From an uncultured Pseudomonadales bacterium (GTDB lineage: Bacteria; Patescibacteriota; Microgenomatia; UBA1400; PJMF01), in contig CAYSMC010000033.1 of NCBI GenBank assembly GCA_964432115.1, positions 1,123 to 65,122 of the forward strand: 64,000 nt of DNA. The letters run 5' to 3'. The notes below the pieces were generated by a model. It did no database searches. It was not told the origin of the DNA and saw only the letters and a list, made by a program, of their open reading frames with translations. Position 1 is the first letter of the stretch; each line of letters begins with the position of its first letter. Shown in pieces: positions 58,203-64,000 of this stretch. Both the position numbers and the translations under genes were made by a program.

Positions 58203-60020
58203 ATGTCGCAAATACAAGAGGTTAAAGACGCGAATAATATTGTTGAGATTGTTGGCGAAAAAATTGATTTAAAGCCCTCAGGTGGTAGTTTTAAGGCTCG
58301 TTGCCCTTTTCACAGTGAAAAGACTCCTTCCTTTTTTGTTCACCCAGAAATGCAACGCTATCGTTGTTTTGGTTGTGGTGCTACGGGTGATGTTTTAGAT
58401 TTTTTACAAAATTATGATGGGATGACTTTTTATGAAGCCCTAAGGTACTTGGCCGATCGCGCCTCGATTACTTTAAAAGATTTTAGTCGGACCAATGAAG
58501 ATGAAGAGCGAGAACAATTATTGGGTATTTTAAATTTGGCCAAAGAATATTATCACTATTTGCTAACTAAGCACGAAGCCGGTCAAGAAGCTTTAGCTTA
58601 CTTAAAAAAACGAGGAACTAACAGTCAGTCAATTAAACTATTTTATTTGGGTTATTCTTTACAAAGTTGGGATGGTTTAATCAAGTATTTGCATCAAAAA
58701 AAGAAATACCCTTTAGAATTAATTGCCAAAACTGGCCTAATTATTCAGGGTAAAGGTGGTCGTTATTATGATCGTTTTCGAGGACGACTCATGTTTCCCT
58801 TAAAAAATCATCGAGGTCAAGTGGTGGGTTTTTCTGGACGACTGTTGGATGCTCAGGCAAAAGAAGCTAAATATATTAATAGTCCAGAGACCAGTTTATA
58901 TCATAAATCAAAATTACTCTATGGTTACAGTGAATTATTTAGGGAAATTAGGAAAACTGATAAAGTGGTGGTGGTAGAGGGTGAATTTGATGTTATTTCT
59001 TCTGCTCAAGCTCATGTCAATAATGTAGTAGCAATCAAAGGTAGTGCCTTAACCAGCGATCAAATAGAATTACTAGCTAGAGTGGCCCAGACGGTGATTT
59101 TGGCCTTTGACCAAGATGAAGCGGGGATAACAGCTTGTAAAAGAGCAATTACTTTAATCAAAGATAAGGATTTAGATTTACGGGTTATTGATTTTCAATT
59201 TTTAAACAATTTAGCAAAATCCAAAGATCTCAAAGATCCAGACGATTTTGCTCGACAAGAGCCAAAATTATGGCGGCAAGCTGTTGACGAAGCGATTTCT
59301 ATTTATAGTTTTTTACTCAACATCGCTTTGGCTAGTCATGATGCTGATAGTCCAGATGGAAAACGAAAAATTATTGACGATTTAGCTCCCGTTATCGATG
59401 GCATTAATCATCTAGTAGAGAAAGAATTTTATTTACAAAAATTAGCAGAAAAATTAAATGTTAAATTGGATTTAATTAAAGAGGATGTGGCTCGAGTTGC
59501 TCAACGAAAAAATGCAAAAACGGGCTTGGTTAAAAAGAAAAAAGTTGTTGACAACAATTCTAAGCAGAGTAAGAGTCACCAACAAATTATGGAAGAATAC
59601 TTATTGTTTTTACTTTTCCAGCTTGAAGAAAAAACATTTATTAAAGAAGTCAAAGAGATCTCATTATTAAATTGGCAAACTCCAGGTTTGAGTAATATTG
59701 TTGAATTGCTCGCTCAGCAACTAAAAAATTTTGACTTAGAAAAATTTAGCAAAAAACTGGCTGAGGATTTAAAAGAAAAGCTTATGGAATTGTTACTTAA
59801 TCCAGAATTTCAAAAAAATATTAAAAATGTTAAATTGGAAAAAGAGTGGCGGATCATTTTAGCTCAAGTTAAGAAAAATATAGTTCACGCTGAAATTGAG
59901 GAAATTAACCAAGAAATTAAAGAATTGGATAAGAAAAATAAAAAAACTAGTAGTGAAGAATTACGCTTAGATGAACTATTAGAGCAAATTGTTAAGAAAC
60001 AAAATCAATTAAAAAGTTGA
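58203..60020 (+). CDS. dnaG: DNA primase
   Basis: Zn finger 'CPFHSEKTPSF...CFGC', 'DRFRGRLMFP', 'KYINSPET' and Toprim 'EGEFD', 'FDQDEAG'. ATG 58203 preferred. Confidence 0.97.
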   Translation: MSQIQEVKDANNIVEIVGEKIDLKPSGGSFKARCPFHSEKTPSFFVHPEMQRYRCFGCGATGDVLDFLQNYDGMTFYEALRYLADRASITLKDFSRTNEDEEREQLLGILNLAKEYYHYLLTKHEAGQEALAYLKKRGTNSQSIKLFYLGYSLQSWDGLIKYLHQKKKYPLELIAKTGLIIQGKGGRYYDRFRGRLMFPLKNHRGQVVGFSGRLLDAQAKEAKYINSPETSLYHKSKLLYGYSELFREIRKTDKVVVVEGEFDVISSAQAHVNNVVAIKGSALTSDQIELLARVAQTVILAFDQDEAGITACKRAITLIKDKDLDLRVIDFQFLNNLAKSKDLKDPDDFARQEPKLWRQAVDEAISIYSFLLNIALASHDADSPDGKRKIIDDLAPVIDGINHLVEKEFYLQKLAEKLNVKLDLIKEDVARVAQRKNAKTGLVKKKKVVDNNSKQSKSHQQIMEEYLLFLLFQLEEKTFIKEVKEISLLNWQTPGLSNIVELLAQQLKNFDLEKFSKKLAEDLKEKLMELLLNPEFQKNIKNVKLEKEWRIILAQVKKNIVHAEIEEINQEIKELDKKNKKTSSEELRLDELLEQIVKKQNQLKS

Positions 60021-60041
60021 AATACTCAAGTAATTTGCTTC

Positions 60042-60069
60042 TTGCCAAGATACCCCCATGGGGTATAAT
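60042..60069 (+). promoter_or_regulatory. Promoter with an embedded CsoR/RcnR-family operator
   Basis: TTGCCA-16 nt-TATAAT overlapping the palindrome ATACCCC-CAT-GGGGTAT (60050-60066). Confidence 0.8.
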
Positions 60070-60075
60070 AAAAAT

Positions 60076-60339
60076 ATGGATTTTGCAAAAAAGAAACTTA
60101 GTTTAACTAGTGAAGATAAAACAATTACCCAACTCAAACGCATTCGTGGTCAAGTTGACGGTTTGATTCGGATGTATCAAAACGAAAGATCTTGTGTCGA
60201 AATAGCGCACCAAATCACAGCAGCTCGCAATTCGCTGTCGCGAGTTGCTCGCGATGTCTTGACTAACGCCGCTAATCACTGTATTAAAGAAAAAGATCAA
60301 AGCCAATTAAATTCAATTTTAAAAGAATTATTAAAGTAA
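60076..60339 (+). CDS. CsoR/RcnR/CstR-family transcriptional repressor
   Basis: 'LKRIRGQVDGL..M...RSC.EI..QI.A.R..L...NHC'. ATG 60058 lies inside the promoter, so 60076 is used. Confidence 0.9.
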   Translation: MDFAKKKLSLTSEDKTITQLKRIRGQVDGLIRMYQNERSCVEIAHQITAARNSLSRVARDVLTNAANHCIKEKDQSQLNSILKELLK

Positions 60340-60354
60340 TAAATAGATAGAAAG

Positions 60355-60699
60355 GTGTCTATGCCAGCACAACATTTAGATAGTAGTAATTTTCAAGCCA
60401 CGCTAGACAGCGCGTCAACACCAGTTTTAGTTGATTTTTTTGCAGAATGGTGTGGCCCGTGTCAGATGGCTGCGCCAATAATTGATAAATTGGCCGATGA
60501 TTACAAAGATAAAATGATTATTGCTAAACTTAATGTCGATGAAGCACAGGATGTGGCAATGCAATTTAACGTGATGAATATTCCTACTGTTATTGTTCTC
60601 AAGAAAGACGATGATGGTAAAATGGTGGAGTTTGATCGCAAAATTGGTTTCCCAGGAGAAAGTGGTTACCAAAAAATGATTGATGAAGCGCTTGCTTAG
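60355..60699 (+). CDS. trxA: Thioredoxin
   Basis: 'VLVDFFAEWCGPC' and 'NIPT'. Confidence 0.95.
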   Translation: MSMPAQHLDSSNFQATLDSASTPVLVDFFAEWCGPCQMAAPIIDKLADDYKDKMIIAKLNVDEAQDVAMQFNVMNIPTVIVLKKDDDGKMVEFDRKIGFPGESGYQKMIDEALA

Positions 60700-60740
60700 A
60701 TCGATCAATTTGTTTAAATTATTAGTTAATTGGAAAGAGT

Positions 60741-61817
60741 ATGCAAAATTTAACAGTGGCTATTATTGGTTCAGGACCAGCCGGTCTGACAGCAGGAATT
60801 TATTTGGGTCGAGCTTTATTAAAACCCACCTTGTTTAGTGGCTTGAATATTGGTGGTCAGTTAATGTTTACTCGCGATGTTGAAAATTTTCCTGGTTTTC
60901 CAGATGGAATGCGTGGTCCAGAATTTATGATGAATTTAAAAAAACAAGCAACTAAATTTGATACAGAAATTCATCATGAGCAAATCACGGCCGTGGATTT
61001 TAATCAAGAACCTTTTCGCTTGTGGACTTCTTTACCAAACAACATGGAGTTTAAGGATCTACAAGATTTATCAAAGCAAGAACTGTTAAAAGTCACTGAA
61101 TTAATTAAAAAAAATCAGGAAGCAGATTATAGTGCTCGTAGTGTATTGATTACTACTGGAGCTGAACACATTAAACTTGCTGTTCCTGGAGAAAAAGAAT
61201 TTTTGGGTAAGGGTGTGGGTTTTTGTGCGGTTTGTGATGGAGCTTTTTATCGAAATAAAAAAGTATTTGTAGTGGGTGGAGGTGATACTGCTTTGGGTGA
61301 TGCCTTAGTGTTGAGTAAATTCACCGACCAAGTATTTATTATTCATCGTCGAGATCAATTTCGTGCTAGTAAAATTTTGCAAAAGCAAGTTTTAGCTGAT
61401 GAAAAATTTAAAATTTTATGGAATACAGAAGTTAAAGAGATAATTGGTGATAAACAGCGAATTACTGCTTTAAAACTTGCGCGAGAAGGAAAAGAGGAAA
61501 AAGTTGTTGCTGATGGAATATTTGTTGCTATTGGTTATAATCCCAACAGCACTTTGTTTACAAATCAGCTAAAAATGGATGATCATGCTTATATTATGAC
61601 TAGGCAATTTGGTAGTGAAATAGCTGTCAAGGAATTAATTCAAGACCATGAAGAAAGTTCAGCTAATTATTTTCCAACAATGACTTCGGTGCCTGGGGTA
61701 TTTGCCGCGGGTGATATAACCGATAGTCGTTATCATCAGGCAATAGTTGCAGCGGGTTCTGGAGCAATGGCTGCTATCGACGTTGAACGCTGGTTGGAAA
61801 TGATCAATGACGGTTAA
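60741..61817 (+). CDS. trxB: Thioredoxin-disulfide reductase
   Basis: 'IIGSGPAG', 'VENFPGF', 'CAVCDG', 'VVGGGDTA', 'HRRD' and 'GVFAAGD'. Confidence 0.95.
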   Translation: MQNLTVAIIGSGPAGLTAGIYLGRALLKPTLFSGLNIGGQLMFTRDVENFPGFPDGMRGPEFMMNLKKQATKFDTEIHHEQITAVDFNQEPFRLWTSLPNNMEFKDLQDLSKQELLKVTELIKKNQEADYSARSVLITTGAEHIKLAVPGEKEFLGKGVGFCAVCDGAFYRNKKVFVVGGGDTALGDALVLSKFTDQVFIIHRRDQFRASKILQKQVLADEKFKILWNTEVKEIIGDKQRITALKLAREGKEEKVVADGIFVAIGYNPNSTLFTNQLKMDDHAYIMTRQFGSEIAVKELIQDHEESSANYFPTMTSVPGVFAAGDITDSRYHQAIVAAGSGAMAAIDVERWLEMINDG

Positions 61818-61826
61818 AAAATATGC

Positions 61827-62702
61827 TTATTGTTGCTCGATAAATTTTTTAATTTCCTGCCACATGATTTCATCATCTCTAGCAACAGTCAGATTGGCCA
61901 GCAACCAACCCAAAGGATAACCGCCATCGAGATATTCTCCCTGAGGTTGGTGAATGACTACTTTTTCAGTCAGAGCAAGTTGGTTAACAGTATCGGTAAT
62001 ATACAGCTCTCCAGATTGAGGATTGGTTTGTTGCACATCGATTAAATCAAAAACTGATTGAGGTAGAATGTATTTACTGATGTTAGCGAGATTAGATGGA
62101 GCAGTACCCGGTTTAGGTTTTTCAATTAAAGCTTGTAAATAACGAAAGTTATTTTCTTGAGCTAGTTGTGTTACTCCATAGCGATGCAGTGATTCATCTG
62201 GTTTTTCAATGCAGGTGACCAAACCGCTAGCTCCAGATTTTTCATAGGTATCGATCATAGCTGCCACTTCGCTTCGACCATTGTGGTTATAAATAAAGTC
62301 ATCACCCATTAAAACCAAAAATGCTGCTTCATCTTTTAAATATTCTTTGGCTAATTGGACAGGAACAGCAGTGCCATAATCGTCGGCATCACTTTGCCTA
62401 ATAAAATGAAAATTAGCTTTTTGATGAATATTTTTGATTGAGTCATAAAGTTCTAATTTATTATTTTTTTTCAGATATTGATATAGTCTTTGATTTTCTC
62501 GATAATAATGCAGGACTTGGTAGTTATGTTCACTGATGACAAAAATAATATCGCTAATGCCAGCCTTGATACAGTCTTCTACCACGTAGTCGATAAGTGG
62601 TCGATCTAAAATAGGTAGCATCTCTTTTTGAATAGTTTTACTGATGGGTAAAAATCTGGTGCCAAAACCAGCTGAAGTAATGACTGCTTTATTAATTTTC
62701 AT
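61827..62702 (-). CDS. galU: UTP--glucose-1-phosphate uridylyltransferase
   Basis: 'KAVI.SAGFGTRFLPISK...KEMLPI', 'IEKP' and 'GELYITD'. Confidence 0.88.
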   Translation of the reverse strand: MKINKAVITSAGFGTRFLPISKTIQKEMLPILDRPLIDYVVEDCIKAGISDIIFVISEHNYQVLHYYRENQRLYQYLKKNNKLELYDSIKNIHQKANFHFIRQSDADDYGTAVPVQLAKEYLKDEAAFLVLMGDDFIYNHNGRSEVAAMIDTYEKSGASGLVTCIEKPDESLHRYGVTQLAQENNFRYLQALIEKPKPGTAPSNLANISKYILPQSVFDLIDVQQTNPQSGELYITDTVNQLALTEKVVIHQPQGEYLDGGYPLGWLLANLTVARDDEIMWQEIKKFIEQQ

Positions 62703-62743
62703 ATTTTATCTTTTTAACACATTTTTGTATAATTGTTAAGTTT

Positions 62744-63358
62744 ATGCAGTTTATTTTAGCATCACAATCACCCCAACGGGCAAGGCTTTTAGCAACTTTA
62801 CCTTATCGATTTAAAATTTATCCAGCAAATATTGATGAATCAACAATTATTTTTAAAAATCATCAAGATAAAGCCAAAAAAATTGCTCTAGCTAAAGCTG
62901 AAGCAGTAATGCGAAATATTACAGGCGAGGCAATTATTGTAGCTGCTGATACCTTTTGTGTGTGTCGAGGTAAAATTTTAGAAAAACCAAAAACTAAAGC
63001 TGACGCAAGAAAGATGTTGGAATTCCAGAGTAGTCAAAAAATTCGGGCTATAACTGGTTATGCTTTTGTTTATCAAAATTCTCCAGAAAAAATTATTGAG
63101 AATGCCAGTGTTGCTACTAAAGCTTGTTTTCGTCAGTTGTCATCAATTGAGATCGAGAACTATATTAGTTATCAACCTGTTTTGACATGGTCAGCTGCTT
63201 TTAGTCCCGCTTACGATGCGGGAATGGCTTTGTTGGCTTGGTCAAAAGGTAATTTAACGGCTTTTACTCATGGTTTACCCATTAACTTGCTGGTTAGATT
63301 TATTAATCGACAGTTAAAATTAAGCGTAAATAACAAACATTACTCCCACAAACCATAA
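62744..63358 (+). CDS. maf: Maf-family nucleoside triphosphate pyrophosphatase
   Basis: 'ILASQSPQR..LL', 'LA..KA' and 'AADT....G.ILEKP'. Confidence 0.85.
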   Translation: MQFILASQSPQRARLLATLPYRFKIYPANIDESTIIFKNHQDKAKKIALAKAEAVMRNITGEAIIVAADTFCVCRGKILEKPKTKADARKMLEFQSSQKIRAITGYAFVYQNSPEKIIENASVATKACFRQLSSIEIENYISYQPVLTWSAAFSPAYDAGMALLAWSKGNLTAFTHGLPINLLVRFINRQLKLSVNNKHYSHKP

Positions 63359-64000
63359 AAAAACAGTCAATAATAGTGTTTTGTCTTTTAATAGCACATC
63401 TACTGGGGCTTCGCCACGATTTTCTTCATAAACCAATTGTAAATAGCGCATAATTCCAAAAATTACAAAAGGTAGGGTTAGCATTAATAATTTTTGTGAT
63501 TGGAGAGTGCGCGGTAAATTAACTACTAGATTGGGAAAACGTTCATATAATAAATTTAAACCATCACCTGGAGAATTTTGAAAAGCAAAAAGTGCGTAAG
63601 TGAGCCAAGTAGAAGTAGCGAAAATACTGGTGTATTGATCTAAAAGACGAATGCTGTAAGTATCTAAACTTTTTCTCACAAAAGATAATTTATGTTCGGT
63701 CATCAGAGTTCTTTCACTTTGTCTTTTACCAACTGCCATGAATAAAGACATAGAAATGACCGTTAATAAAAACCACACGCTCATGTGGAGGTTGACGACC
63801 ACTGCTCCAGCATAGACTCGAATCAAAAATCCCCCGGCAATGGAAATGATGTCCAAAATTGCAATTTGCTTAAAATAAATTGAGTAAATAATTTGTAATA
63901 ATAAATAAGCAAAAATTAAAATTTTAAAAATAGACGGAAGAGGTAAACATAGCCAAAAAACCAGAGCCAAACAAAAAGCTATGGCAAAAATAGCCATGGG
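63320..64000 (-). CDS. UbiA-family prenyltransferase (decaprenyl-phosphate phosphoribosyltransferase-like); 5' end outside the window
   Basis: 'YS..FK.IAILD...IA.GF.IRV.AG', 'S.W', 'GKR.SE' and 'FGIMRYL'. Confidence 0.85.
   Translation of the reverse strand, partial: PMAIFAIAFCLALVFWLCLPLPSIFKILIFAYLLLQIIYSIYFKQIAILDIISIAGGFLIRVYAGAVVVNLHMSVWFLLTVISMSLFMAVGKRQSERTLMTEHKLSFVRKSLDTYSIRLLDQYTSIFATSTWLTYALFAFQNSPGDGLNLLYERFPNLVVNLPRTLQSQKLLMLTLPFVIFGIMRYLQLVYEENRGEAPVDVLLKDKTLLLTVFLWFVGVMFVIYA

Noticed and set aside
1-64000. CRISPR array, IS element or rRNA
   Set aside because: I saw no regularly spaced direct repeats, transposase ORFs, terminal inverted repeats or rRNA-like tracts by eye.

Overview
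An AT-rich, densely coding 64 kb bacterial chromosomal window. Gene content and style point to Patescibacteria/CPR, probably a Microgenomates-type lineage (inference from the orphan VirD4/TraD-like ATPase, sortase with a TPxTG substrate, GT-C glycosyltransferases, GH130s, tRNA-Arg(GCG) and many apparently leaderless genes). It holds about 58 CDS (queA, typA, rarA, dnaG, trxA/trxB, galU, pcm, kbl, tdh, mscL, HtrA, Hsp20 and others) and three tRNAs (Arg-GCG, Ser-CGA, Ser-GGA). I found no CRISPR array, transposase or prophage. Signals the ORF track does not show: (1) a ~340-nt highly structured RNA leader behind a near-consensus sigma70 promoter, with competing folds and an SD-led Met-Pro-stop mini-ORF, upstream of a GC-richer lipoprotein gene; (2) a compact cobalamin riboswitch upstream of an unknown helical protein, while the likely B12-uptake pair lies ~31 kb away without one; (3) a start-less GIY-YIG nuclease frame behind poly-A runs at the end of the VirD4-like ATPase; (4) a variant CIRCE at hsp20-htrA and a CsoR-type operator at csoR-trxA-trxB; (5) an S41-protease homolog with a J-like domain and no catalytic Lys; (6) several single-base interruptions that could be assembly errors or real recoding or decay.
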